Source: Collinsella sp.
GTDB taxonomy: Bacteria; Actinomycetota; Coriobacteriia; Coriobacteriales; Coriobacteriaceae
DNA: 64,000 nt
Direction: 5' to 3'
NCBI GenBank assembly: GCA_031292915.1
Contig: JAUMSH010000086.1
Location: 16,450-80,449, forward strand
In this document: positions 18,060 through 27,245 of the stretch, in pieces
How positions within the stretch are numbered: position 1 is the first letter of the stretch
Layout: each line of letters begins with the position of its first letter
Notes under the pieces: generated by a model
Database searches by the model: none
The model's input: only the letters and a program-made list of their open reading frames with translations
What the model was told of the DNA's origin: nothing
Translations under genes and position numbers: made by a program

Positions 18060-19667
18060 ATGGCAGGCAAGCCGCAAACACTAGCTACGACCTCGGCATT
18101 CGAGATCTTGGGCCCCGTCATGGTCGGCCCCAGTTCATCGCACACCGCCGGCGCCCTGCGCTGCGCCCAAGTTGCCGCCAGCCTGCTGGAAGGCCGCATC
18201 ACCAAAGTCACCTTTGGCCTGTGGAACTCCTTCGCCCACACCTACCGCGGCCACGGCACCGACCGTGCGCTCGTCGCGGGCATCCTGGGTCTCGACACCG
18301 ATGACGAGAACATCAAGCAGGCCTTCAACCTCGCAAGCGAGCAGGGCCTCGAATATCACTTTAACATCAAGGGCGACGACGCCTCCATCCACCCCAATAC
18401 CGTCGACATCGACATGGTCGACGACACGGGCGCCACGGCACAGGTTCGCGGCGAGAGCCTGGGCGGCGGCAAGATGCGCATCAGCCGCATTAACGGCGTC
18501 GGCGTCGACATATCGGGCATGTATTCCACGCTCTTCGTGGCGCACAAGGACGTCCCCGGTGTACTCGCCGCGCTCACCAACCTGCTCGCCTACGCCCACG
18601 TAAACATCGCCTTCTGCCGCACCTACCGCACCGAAGTGGGCGGCCAGGCCTACTCCGTCTTTGAGACCGACGGCGCGCCCGACGACACCGTCGTCCCTAT
18701 GCTGCGCAAGCTCGACAATGTCGATTACGCAACGTTTATCGAGCTCCCCGGTTCTGCCTCGTCGCTCTCCCCCGGCGTCTCGGCCAAGGAAATCTTCGAC
18801 GACGGCGAGCAGCTGCTCGATGCGTGCGAGGAACTGGGGCTTAGCATCGGCGCCGTCATGGCCGTTCGCGAGGCGCGTCTGACCGGCGAGGCCCACGCCG
18901 TCGCCGCCATGCGCCGCGTGCTCGACGTCATGCGCGAGGAGACCACGGCCCCCATCGCCAATCCGCAGCGCTCGCTCGGTGGACTAATCGGCGGCGAGGC
19001 CAAACTCGTCGATGCCACCAGCCGCAACGATTTGAGTGCAAGCCTGATGGGCGCCGTCCAGACCGATGCCGTGGCCCGCGCCATGGCCGTGCTCGAGCGC
19101 TCCGCCACCATGGGCGTGATCGTCGCAGCTCCGACGGCAGGCTCCGCGGGTGTTGTACCCGGCTGCGTGCTGGCGCTCGCCGATCGCCTGCAGCTCGACG
19201 ACGAGCAGGTCATGGACGCGCTCTACTGCGCAGCCGCCATCGGCCTCAACCTCACCACAAGCGCCTGTGTTGCCGGCGCCGAGGGCGGCTGCCAAGCCGA
19301 GGTGGGAAGCGCCGCTGCCATGGCAGCCGCCGCGTTGGTGCAGATGCTCGGCGGCACGCCCGAGCAGGCGCTCGACGCCAGTTCCATCGCGCTGAGTAAC
19401 CTGCTGGGCCTCGTTTGCGACCCCGTCGGTGGCCTCGTGGAGGTGCCCTGCCAAAACCGCAACGCCATCGGCGTGGCAGCGGCCTTTAGCTCGGCACAAC
19501 TCGCCCTCGCAGGCATTAAGAGCTTGGTGCCGTTTGACCAGATGGCACACGTCATGCTTTCGGTGGGCCACGCGTTGCCGGCCACGCTGCGCGAGACGGC
19601 AAAGGGTGGCATCGCGCAGGCTCCGGCCGCACTTTCGGCCTGTGCAAAATGCGGTGTGTGCGGATAG
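18060..19667 (+). CDS. sdaA: L-serine dehydratase, iron-sulfur type, fused beta-alpha chain
   Basis: N-terminal beta-type FEILGPVMVGPSSSHTAG plus an ACT-like region. The C-terminal alpha-type region has TAGSAGVVPG, GGCQAEVGSA and CDPVGGLVEVPCQNRNA. AGGAG lies 5 nt before the ATG at 18060. Confidence 0.9.
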   Translation: MAGKPQTLATTSAFEILGPVMVGPSSSHTAGALRCAQVAASLLEGRITKVTFGLWNSFAHTYRGHGTDRALVAGILGLDTDDENIKQAFNLASEQGLEYHFNIKGDDASIHPNTVDIDMVDDTGATAQVRGESLGGGKMRISRINGVGVDISGMYSTLFVAHKDVPGVLAALTNLLAYAHVNIAFCRTYRTEVGGQAYSVFETDGAPDDTVVPMLRKLDNVDYATFIELPGSASSLSPGVSAKEIFDDGEQLLDACEELGLSIGAVMAVREARLTGEAHAVAAMRRVLDVMREETTAPIANPQRSLGGLIGGEAKLVDATSRNDLSASLMGAVQTDAVARAMAVLERSATMGVIVAAPTAGSAGVVPGCVLALADRLQLDDEQVMDALYCAAAIGLNLTTSACVAGAEGGCQAEVGSAAAMAAAALVQMLGGTPEQALDASSIALSNLLGLVCDPVGGLVEVPCQNRNAIGVAAAFSSAQLALAGIKSLVPFDQMAHVMLSVGHALPATLRETAKGGIAQAPAALSACAKCGVCG

Positions 19668-19685
19668 CGGCAAAGAATGACTCAA

Positions 19686-19712
19686 AGGTTGGACAAATGT
19701 CCCACCTCTTTT
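19686..19712 (+). terminator. terminator after sdaA
   Basis: AGGTTGGAC pairs with GTCCCACCT (one mismatch), followed by CTTTTG. Confidence 0.5.
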
Positions 19713-19816
19713 GAATGCCACCGTTTCCGTACCACAAACAGCAGGGCAATCGCTATAATGCAAGCCCAGTAAAAACACGATGAACCGCAAGGCGAAAATC
19801 GAAGGATATGCATACG

Positions 19817-21550
19817 ATGTCGCAAAACGATCGAACTCAACTGATTCCCGATCCGCAGCAGCCGAGCAGGCACACCGGCGGCGTTCAGTCGCCGCGTCCT
19901 ATCGCGCCGAGCCACGGTCAGCAGCGTGGTGCGGCAAACGCTTCTCAACGCCCGAACCAACAGCGACAGCAGCGTCAACAACGTCAGCAGCGCCAGGCAA
20001 ACGGCAATGCGCCCAAGCAGCCCCCCACGCACGCTCGAGGCGATCGCGGCCCCGCGCGCAAGCCCGCCGAGAACAATAAGTCGGGCAAAAAGACAACGCT
20101 CTTTGTCGTCCTTGGTCTAATCGTCATTGTCTATATCGTAGGCGTCGTAGCGTTTTCCCAGCTAGCCTACCCCAACACCACCATCGCCGGCGTCGACGTC
20201 TCGTTCTCCAACGCTTCGTCTGCCGCTACCAAGGTGAACTTGGCATGGAAGCACTATAAGCTCACCGTGACAGGCGATGACTTTAGCTGGAACTATCAGC
20301 CCGAGTCCGATGAGCCCATCGTCGACGGCGAAGCTGCCGCAAAAGAAATCATCAGCCACAACGAAGCCTTTGTATGGCCGGTCCGCCTTGTGGAATCCTT
20401 AAGCGGCAAGACCAAAACAACCGCCACCTCCAACGAAGTCGATCTTGATCAAGACGTCGACCTGTCCATGCTCTCCGACACCTTTGACCAAAAGCAGTTT
20501 GAGGAGGACCTGGGCGCCGCCATCGACGAGTTTAACGAGGGCCGTTCGGGCACGTTCGAGGCCAATAGCTCCTATGACGAGCAGGCCGGCAAGTTTACCG
20601 TCGAGAAGGCGCGCTCCAACGAAAAAATCAACCGCGAGCATGTCATTAAGTATGCCGAGCTCGAGCTTGCCTCGCTGGCCGAGACCGTAGATCTTTCCAA
20701 GCTCGGCAACGATGCCTATGAACCGCTCAATGGAACGCTGACCGATGATCAGATTCAGGCCGCATGCGATGCCGCCAACAACTTCCTGGGCGTCAACGTG
20801 ACCCTCAAGCTCAACGGCGAGGATGCCGGCAAAGTTGATGGCAGCTCCGTATTGCAGTGGATCAGCTTTGCCGATCCGGCCAACCCCACGCTCGATACGT
20901 CGCAGATCAGCAGCTGGGCAGCCGAGCTCGCCAACGGCTTTAATACCGTGGGCTCCACTCGCTGGTGGACGCGCGCCGATGGCAAGCAGTGCGCCGTCGA
21001 AGGCGGTGACTTTGGTTGGTCCATCGACAGCAGCTCGCTCGCCAAGCAGGTCGAGGACGCCATTAACAACAAGCAGACCGGCGAAATCGAGATCAAGTAC
21101 TCCCAGAAGGCCGACACCTTTACCGCAAAGGGAGAGCCCGACTGGAAGGCATACATCGATGTCGATCTGTCCGAGCAGCACGCGCGCTACTACGACGAGA
21201 ACGGCAATATCGTGTGGGAGGCCAACTTTATTTCCGGCAAACCGGGCGAAGACGCCACCCCCGAGGGCGTGTGGCAGATCAACAGCAACGACGGCGGCAG
21301 CACCCTGATCGGAGCCAAGGACCCCGAGACCGGTAAGCCCAAATACGAGAGCCCGGTGAGCTACTGGATGCCTTTTGAGGGCAACATGATCGGCTTCCAC
21401 GATGCCACCTGGCAAAACGACAAGAGCTTCGATAATGCCGAGTCGTACAAGTGGTGCGGAAGCCACGGTTGCATCAACCTGCGCCTGGCAGACGCCAAGG
21501 CACTTCACGACTGCATCAAAGTCGGCCTGTGCGTGGTTGTCCACTCGTAG
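19817..21550 (+). CDS. L,D-transpeptidase (YkuD domain) with Q/R-rich N-terminus and one TM segment
   Basis: The C-terminal region ..MPFEGNMIGFHDATWQ..GSHGCINL is the YkuD catalytic His/Cys motif. The N-terminus has QQRQQRQQRQQRQ followed by the hydrophobic segment TLFVVLGLIVIVYIVGVVAF. 19808 is an alternative start. Confidence 0.88.
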   Translation: MSQNDRTQLIPDPQQPSRHTGGVQSPRPIAPSHGQQRGAANASQRPNQQRQQRQQRQQRQANGNAPKQPPTHARGDRGPARKPAENNKSGKKTTLFVVLGLIVIVYIVGVVAFSQLAYPNTTIAGVDVSFSNASSAATKVNLAWKHYKLTVTGDDFSWNYQPESDEPIVDGEAAAKEIISHNEAFVWPVRLVESLSGKTKTTATSNEVDLDQDVDLSMLSDTFDQKQFEEDLGAAIDEFNEGRSGTFEANSSYDEQAGKFTVEKARSNEKINREHVIKYAELELASLAETVDLSKLGNDAYEPLNGTLTDDQIQAACDAANNFLGVNVTLKLNGEDAGKVDGSSVLQWISFADPANPTLDTSQISSWAAELANGFNTVGSTRWWTRADGKQCAVEGGDFGWSIDSSSLAKQVEDAINNKQTGEIEIKYSQKADTFTAKGEPDWKAYIDVDLSEQHARYYDENGNIVWEANFISGKPGEDATPEGVWQINSNDGGSTLIGAKDPETGKPKYESPVSYWMPFEGNMIGFHDATWQNDKSFDNAESYKWCGSHGCINLRLADAKALHDCIKVGLCVVVHS

Positions 21551-21682
21551 TGCAACGCGCACATTCCTACAACATGGAGCTGCTGCGACCAATCTAACAG
21601 TTCCGAAAGAAACCGTCCCATGCGCCCGCCCCAACCGGTGGGCGCATATACTTATCGAGGTACTTTCTATAAAGGAGACGCT

Positions 21683-23122
21683 ATGCCGAATGTCCCCACG
21701 ACCACCCCGGGCCCGGATGATACCGAGCACACGCCCGAAGATGTCACCGAAACGATTCCTCTGATTACAAACGTACACACCGACAAGCAGAGCGGACGCG
21801 CGAACGATGCGACCGAGATTTCCGATGAAGAGGCATATGCCAAGCTCAAGGCAAAACGTGCCGAACGTCGACGCAAAAAGCTCATCCGACGCGGCATTGC
21901 GGCCGGCGTCGTGGCCGCCATTGTGCTCATCGCCGTTGTCGTGACCTTAGCCATCAACGCACGGCCCGCAGGCAACAACGGGCCGGTGACCGACATGGTG
22001 ACCGAGGGCACGTTTACCACAACGGTCGAGGCGAAAGGCCGGCTCAAACCCATTTCGTCCTCAGTGGTCTCCCCTTCTGTCGACGGCACGGTCGATTCGA
22101 TCAACGTGCAGGCAGGCCAATCCGTCAACGAGGGCGACGTGCTTATGACCATTAAAAACGACGAGCTCGATCGCAACGTTGCCGAGGCGCAGCGTGCAGT
22201 TGCAGCCGCTCAGGAAGACCTCGCCAACGCACAGAAAGCCGCAGCCGCCGCGCAGGCCACCCCAACGACGGACGTCGATGGAGCTTCCGCAGCGGCGGCA
22301 GGCGCCCCCGCTGCGTCCGGCGACACGAACGCCGTATCTGCCGCGCAGCGCAGCCTCGCATCGGCCCAGGCAAACCTCGACCAGGCGAACGCCAAGGCAT
22401 CCAGTCGCACGGTCACGGCCCCGAGCTCGGGTAGCATCGTGGAGCTCAATGCCAAAGTGGGCGCCACGGTTACAGGCGGCATGATCATGGGCGAAAGCGA
22501 TACGAGCGGCGGCAAGCAGTGCATGCAGATCGCCGACCTGTCCAAGATGAAGGTGACCGTGCAGGTGGGCGAAAAGGACATCGCCAAGATCGCCGTTGGG
22601 CAGAGCGCCAACGTCACGTATCCCGCGTTTCCCGATATCGTGAGCCAGGGCACCGTCACGGCTATCGCGTCGGTGGCAAACTCCGACGCCGCCAACAGTG
22701 GCGGCGGCAGCGTAACCTTTAACGTCGACATTCTCATCGAGGCGCCCGACGCGCGCCTGAAGCCGGGCATGACGGCCGAGGTATCGGTGGTGACCGAGCA
22801 GCTCGACGACGTGGTGATGGTGCCGACGATGGCGCTCATGACCGAAGACGGCGAACACTATTACGTCAACGTGGCGACTGATGACGAGGGCAAGCAAACC
22901 CGTCGCGTGAAGGTGACCGTCGTGACGCAAAACGACAACGAAGCCGTAGTCGGTAAGACACAGGTCAAGCGCGACGACCAGGGCAACGAGATCAACCCCA
23001 ACGTGCCGGTTACCAAGCTGCGCGATGGCGACACCCTCGTCATGGACACCGGAGCGGACGCAACAGCTGACGGCGGTTACAGCGCGGATTCGGGCAGCAT
23101 GTCTGCCGACGAGGGAATGTAA
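21683..23122 (+). CDS. efflux periplasmic adaptor (HlyD/MacA-like) protein
   Basis: N-terminal TM segment, lipoyl-like VDGTVDSINVQAGQSVNEGDVLMTIKND, an Ala/Gln coiled-coil and a beta-barrel C-terminus. AGGAG lies 6 nt before the ATG at 21683. The gene is translationally coupled to the ABC ATPase. Confidence 0.8.
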   Translation: MPNVPTTTPGPDDTEHTPEDVTETIPLITNVHTDKQSGRANDATEISDEEAYAKLKAKRAERRRKKLIRRGIAAGVVAAIVLIAVVVTLAINARPAGNNGPVTDMVTEGTFTTTVEAKGRLKPISSSVVSPSVDGTVDSINVQAGQSVNEGDVLMTIKNDELDRNVAEAQRAVAAAQEDLANAQKAAAAAQATPTTDVDGASAAAAGAPAASGDTNAVSAAQRSLASAQANLDQANAKASSRTVTAPSSGSIVELNAKVGATVTGGMIMGESDTSGGKQCMQIADLSKMKVTVQVGEKDIAKIAVGQSANVTYPAFPDIVSQGTVTAIASVANSDAANSGGGSVTFNVDILIEAPDARLKPGMTAEVSVVTEQLDDVVMVPTMALMTEDGEHYYVNVATDDEGKQTRRVKVTVVTQNDNEAVVGKTQVKRDDQGNEINPNVPVTKLRDGDTLVMDTGADATADGGYSADSGSMSADEGM

Positions 23123-23895
23123 TGCGTCCCGTCATCGACATTCGCAACGTGCACCGCATCTTTGAGAGCGAGGCCGGCTGCGCCCATATCCTGCACAACG
23201 TGAGCCTTGCGGTGATGAGCGGCGAATTCGTCGCTATCACCGGCCCCTCGGGCTCGGGCAAGTCAACGCTCATGAACATCCTGGGCTGCCTGGACAAACC
23301 GACGGCGGGGGACTACTACCTGCAAGGGCTCAACGTGGCCGAGCTTGACGATGACGAGCTCACCGAAGTTCGCGCCCTGAGCATTGGCTTTGTCTTTCAG
23401 AGTTTCAACCTGCTGCCGCGCCTGTCGGTTATCGAAAACGTCATGTTGCCGCTGGCCTACACCAATGTGCCCCGTAGCCAGCGCGAAATGCGCGCCGTGC
23501 ACGCGCTGCAGGCTGTCACGCTGCCCGTCGACCACTGGGACCACCGCATATCCGAGCTCTCGGGCGGCCAGATGCAGCGTGTCGCCATCGCGCGCGCCCT
23601 CGTCAATGACCCGCCCATCATTCTGGCCGACGAGCCGACGGGAAACCTGGACTCAGCTACCGGAGCGCTTGTGATGGAGACCTTCCATAAGCTCCAGAAG
23701 CGCGGCAAGACCATCGTGCTTATCACACACGACCCCGGCATCGCCGCCGAGGCCGACCGTGCCGTGACCATCCGCGACGGTCGCATTCACGACGGCGCGT
23801 ATATTCCACATGCACCGCGGACCCTGCGCAGCGCCGTAGATAGCCTGCCCATGATTTCCGCCTCCGCCAACCCGCCGAAAGGAGTGGTGGCATGA
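23122..23895 (+). CDS. ABC transporter ATP-binding protein (MacB/LolD-type)
   Basis: GPSGSGKST, LSGGQMQRVAIARAL and ILADEPTGNLD. The start overlaps the upstream stop (TAATG). Confidence 0.92.
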   Translation: MRPVIDIRNVHRIFESEAGCAHILHNVSLAVMSGEFVAITGPSGSGKSTLMNILGCLDKPTAGDYYLQGLNVAELDDDELTEVRALSIGFVFQSFNLLPRLSVIENVMLPLAYTNVPRSQREMRAVHALQAVTLPVDHWDHRISELSGGQMQRVAIARALVNDPPIILADEPTGNLDSATGALVMETFHKLQKRGKTIVLITHDPGIAAEADRAVTIRDGRIHDGAYIPHAPRTLRSAVDSLPMISASANPPKGVVA

Positions 23896-25106
23896 GCGCC
23901 CGCGATCTCATCCAGGAAGCCCTTCACTCGCTCGAAGCCAACAAGGGGCGCAGCCTGCTCACCATCCTGGACATTGTCATCGGCATCGCCTCGGTAATCG
24001 CCATGACTTCGCTCATCGGCGGCATCCAAAACAGCCTGGTCAACAGTCTGGGCCTCAATGCGGCACGTATGGTTCAGATCTATTCGTCCCAAGAACTCAC
24101 CGAGTCGGACATCGAGAAACTTCAAAAACTGGTGCCGCAGATAGAGCAGATCGGCATTGTCGACAGCGCGTACACCGAGTACAAGACCGGCGATAAAAGC
24201 TATACCGTCATGGCGCAGGGCGTCGATAGCGACATGCTCGACGCGGTGGGGGCCGGCAAGCTCGTTGCGGGGCGTACCTATTCCCAGGCCGAGTCTCAAT
24301 CAGGCTCGCGCGTGGCGCTCATCAGCCGCGGCGGCGCCGATCAGCTGTACGGCAACGAACAGGATGCGCTGGGGAAAACCATCAAGGTGTCCAACGGCGA
24401 AGTGCAGATTGTAGGCGTGATAGATGGTGGCAGCGACTCCATGGGCTCGCTCACGCTGTATATGCCACGCGAAACCATCTCCGGCCTGTTTGGCGACGAA
24501 AATCCTTCATTCCCCAGCGTGACGGCTCTTGCCGCCGAGGGCACAGACATGGACGAGCTTTGTAAGACCATCGAGTCCAAGGTGCGCGCAATGAAGGGCA
24601 TCGCGGAGGATGATGAGTACGACAGTGTATCGGCGACCTCCATGAAAAGCGCCATCGATGCACTCAACTCCTTTATGGGCGCGTTCTCGCTCATCATGGG
24701 CGCTGTCGCCAGCATCTCGCTGCTTGTCGGCGGTATCGGCATTATGAATATGATGCTCACCAACGTGACTGAGCGCATCCGTGAGATCGGCATTCGCCGT
24801 GCCCTGGGCGCAAGTCGTCGCGATATCACCGCGCAGTTTTTGGCCGAGTCCTCGGCGCTGTGCGTCACCGGCGGACTGTTGGGTGTCCTGATTGGCTATC
24901 TGCTGGCATGGGGACTCACGTTCTTTGCCGCAAGCTCGGGCATCATGAGCGAGTTTGGAGCTACCGGGACGATCACGCCAAGCTTCTCCATTACAACAGT
25001 GTTGATCGCGTTTGCCGTATCGGTCGGCATCGGCGTAATCTTTGGCTTCTACCCCGCTCGCCGTGCAGCAAAGCTCGACCCGGTGGAATGCCTACGCTAC
25101 CAGTAA
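23892..25106 (+). CDS. ABC transporter permease (MacB periplasmic-core + FtsX domains)
   Basis: One N-terminal TM segment, a ~230-aa extracytoplasmic domain and three C-terminal TM segments with REIGIRRALGASRRDI. ATGA overlap with the ATPase gene. Confidence 0.9.
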   Translation: MSARDLIQEALHSLEANKGRSLLTILDIVIGIASVIAMTSLIGGIQNSLVNSLGLNAARMVQIYSSQELTESDIEKLQKLVPQIEQIGIVDSAYTEYKTGDKSYTVMAQGVDSDMLDAVGAGKLVAGRTYSQAESQSGSRVALISRGGADQLYGNEQDALGKTIKVSNGEVQIVGVIDGGSDSMGSLTLYMPRETISGLFGDENPSFPSVTALAAEGTDMDELCKTIESKVRAMKGIAEDDEYDSVSATSMKSAIDALNSFMGAFSLIMGAVASISLLVGGIGIMNMMLTNVTERIREIGIRRALGASRRDITAQFLAESSALCVTGGLLGVLIGYLLAWGLTFFAASSGIMSEFGATGTITPSFSITTVLIAFAVSVGIGVIFGFYPARRAAKLDPVECLRYQ

Positions 25107-25118
25107 GCCACCACCAAC

Positions 25119-25186
25119 AAGTTGCGGTGAATTAGGGACTGAATATGCTATTTAGCAGCAAAAACAGACGCTATTTCACCGCAACT
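25119..25186. repeat. 68-bp-class palindromic intergenic repeat, copy 3
   Basis: AAGTTGCGGTGAATTAGGGACTG ... CGCTATTTCACCGCAACT. It starts 13 nt after the permease stop. Confidence 0.88.
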
Positions 25187-25317
25187 CATTGAAGGGCTGT
25201 TTACGCCAGTTCCGGGCGTCGTCCTCGAGCTATTGGTGGATGACGGGCTTGTACGGGTCGAGCTTGCTCGGGGCGCTCCTCCTCGCGGGCGAGATGGCGC
25301 GTAGGCGCGGCGAGCGC

Positions 25318-26091
25318 CTAGCGCGCGAACTCCCGTAAGAGCGCGTCTTCCACTTCCCGAAGCGAAAGGGCCCCGCCTCCCTCGGCGGGACGGGTGACCA
25401 CGATGCAGCGCGCTCCCGCGTCACGCGCGGCGGCGAGCTTCTCGGCCGTGCCGCCTACGGTTCCCGAGTCCTTGGTCACAAGCCACTGGGCGCCCACCTG
25501 CCGAAGCATCGCCTCGTTGAGCTCGCGGGTGAAGGGCCCCTGCATGCCGATGACGTGCGACGGCGAAAACCCCGCGTCGATGCACTTCGTTATAGCACCG
25601 GGCAGCGGGAGCACACGCACGAAGAAGCGCTCCGCGAAATCGGCGACGCGCGTGTAGGGAGCAAGCTCCTTGCTCCCCGTCGTGAGAAGCGCGCGACCCG
25701 GGTTCTCGGAGAGAAAGCGCGCCGCGCAGGCGATCGACGCGACCGACACGACGCCTTTGGGCAGCGACTCGGCCGGGCGCGCAAGGCGCAGGCATCGTGC
25801 ACCCACGGCGAGCGAAGCGGCCCGGATGTTGCCGCTTGCGAGCGTAGCGAAGGGGTGCGTGGCGTCGACGACGATGCGCGCGCCGGAAAGCTCGCGCTCC
25901 ATGTCGGCCTCGTCGAGCCTGCCCGCATGCACCTCGATGCCCGGAAGCTCGCCCAAAAGCTCGCCTCCGTACTCGGTTGCCGCGTAGGCACGGGCGGGGA
26001 TTCCCGCCCCGCTCGCCCATTCGCACAGAAGGCGGCCCTCGGTGGTGCCGGCGAAGATGCGCAGCGCCGGCGCGGATGCGGGGGCCGTCAC
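25318..26091 (-). CDS. cbiJ: cobalt-precorrin-6A reductase
   Basis: LRIFAGTTEGR.., VDATHPFA and HVIGMQGPF. The GTG at 26091 overlaps the cbiC TGA (GTGA). The longer track ORF is an upstream artefact. Confidence 0.85.
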   Translation of the reverse strand: MTAPASAPALRIFAGTTEGRLLCEWASGAGIPARAYAATEYGGELLGELPGIEVHAGRLDEADMERELSGARIVVDATHPFATLASGNIRAASLAVGARCLRLARPAESLPKGVVSVASIACAARFLSENPGRALLTTGSKELAPYTRVADFAERFFVRVLPLPGAITKCIDAGFSPSHVIGMQGPFTRELNEAMLRQVGAQWLVTKDSGTVGGTAEKLAAARDAGARCIVVTRPAEGGGALSLREVEDALLREFAR

Positions 26092-26729
26092 TTCGGGCCG
26101 CCTGGGCGCGTGATCTGGTAGAGCAGCGCGTTCATAATGGCGGCCGCCACGGTCGAGCCGCCCTTGCGACCCCTCGCGACGATGGCCGGCACGCGTCGCG
26201 CGAGTAGCTCCTCTTTCGCCTCGACCACGTTCACAAACCCAACGGGCACCCCAACGACGAGCGCGGGCGCGATCTTCCCCGCGTCCATGAGCTCGGCGAG
26301 GCGCAGAAGTGCTGTGGGAGCGTTGCCGACGGCCACGATGAGCGGACCCTCGATGCCGCAAGCTTTGTCCATGCTCGCAACGGCGCGAGTCGTGCCCGCG
26401 GCGCGCGCCGTTGCGGCGACATCAGGGTCGGCCATATAGCACACGGCCTGGCAGCCGATCTTCGCGAGCGCGGGCTTGCTTATGCCTGCGAGCGCCATGT
26501 TCGTGTCGGTGAGCACCGTGGCCCCTGCGCGCAGTGCGTCGAGCGCACAGTGCGCGGCGTCATGGGTGAACACGAGGGAATCGGCGTACGAGAAGTCAGC
26601 AGTGGTGTGGATGACGCGCTTCACGACGGGCTCTTCGAGCGGCGGGAACGTGCGGCCGTCAAGCTCTTCGGTGATGATCTCGAAGCTGCGCCGCTCGATG
26701 TCGCCGGGCGCCATCTCCTTGGAATCCAT
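26088..26729 (-). CDS. cbiC: cobalt-precorrin-8 methylmutase
   Basis: RSFEIITEEL, VIHTTADF and IVAVGNAPTALLRL motifs. Confidence 0.9.
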   Translation of the reverse strand: MDSKEMAPGDIERRSFEIITEELDGRTFPPLEEPVVKRVIHTTADFSYADSLVFTHDAAHCALDALRAGATVLTDTNMALAGISKPALAKIGCQAVCYMADPDVAATARAAGTTRAVASMDKACGIEGPLIVAVGNAPTALLRLAELMDAGKIAPALVVGVPVGFVNVVEAKEELLARRVPAIVARGRKGGSTVAAAIMNALLYQITRPGGPK

Positions 26730-27245
26730 CTAGTACTCCACTCCTTCCCTTGCACATATCCCCTGCTCGTAGGGGTGTTTCTCGCACCGCATCTCGGTTA
26801 TGTAGTCGGCCTTCTCCACGATCTTGCGGGAAGGCGCGCGCCCGGTGAGCGCTACTTCGACGCCGCGCGCGGACATATCGAGCGCGCGGTCCACGAGCGT
26901 CTCGTCGACAAGCCCCTTCGAAAGCGCGTCGAGCGCCTCGTCGAGCACGAGGAGCCCCTCCTGCGCGCCCTCGAGCTCGGCGAGCGCGGAAGCGAGGTTC
27001 CCATCATGCAGCTCGCACGTCGCGGCAAGTTCTTCCGACGTCATCGACCAGGTAAACTTGTCCGACACCTTCCCCGCGAACACGGGCACGCCGAAATGCT
27101 CGGCGAGCAGGCGCGCCTCCCCGCTTTCGCCGTCTTTCAGGAACTGCACGACGACGACGCGGCGGCCTGCGGCGAGCATGCGAAGGGCGAGGCCCATCGC
27201 CGCCGTGGTCTTGCCTTTGCCGTCGCCATGATACACGTGGATCAT
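26730..27245 (-). CDS. cobO: cob(I)yrinic acid a,c-diamide adenosyltransferase
   Basis: MIHVYHGDGKGKTTAAMGLALR (P-loop) and LLVLDE. GAGGAGGG precedes the ATG at 27245, which overlaps the cobQ TGA. Confidence 0.9.
   Translation of the reverse strand: MIHVYHGDGKGKTTAAMGLALRMLAAGRRVVVVQFLKDGESGEARLLAEHFGVPVFAGKVSDKFTWSMTSEELAATCELHDGNLASALAELEGAQEGLLVLDEALDALSKGLVDETLVDRALDMSARGVEVALTGRAPSRKIVEKADYITEMRCEKHPYEQGICAREGVEY

Noticed and set aside
20399-21778. 459-codon minus-strand ORF opposite the L,D-transpeptidase gene
   Set aside because: It is an antisense artefact. The plus-strand product has a complete YkuD catalytic motif.
25230-25424. 64-codon minus-strand ORF downstream of and overlapping the cbiJ 3' end
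   Set aside because: It overlaps cbiJ by >100 nt out of frame and is Arg/Ser/Pro-rich, a high-GC artefact.
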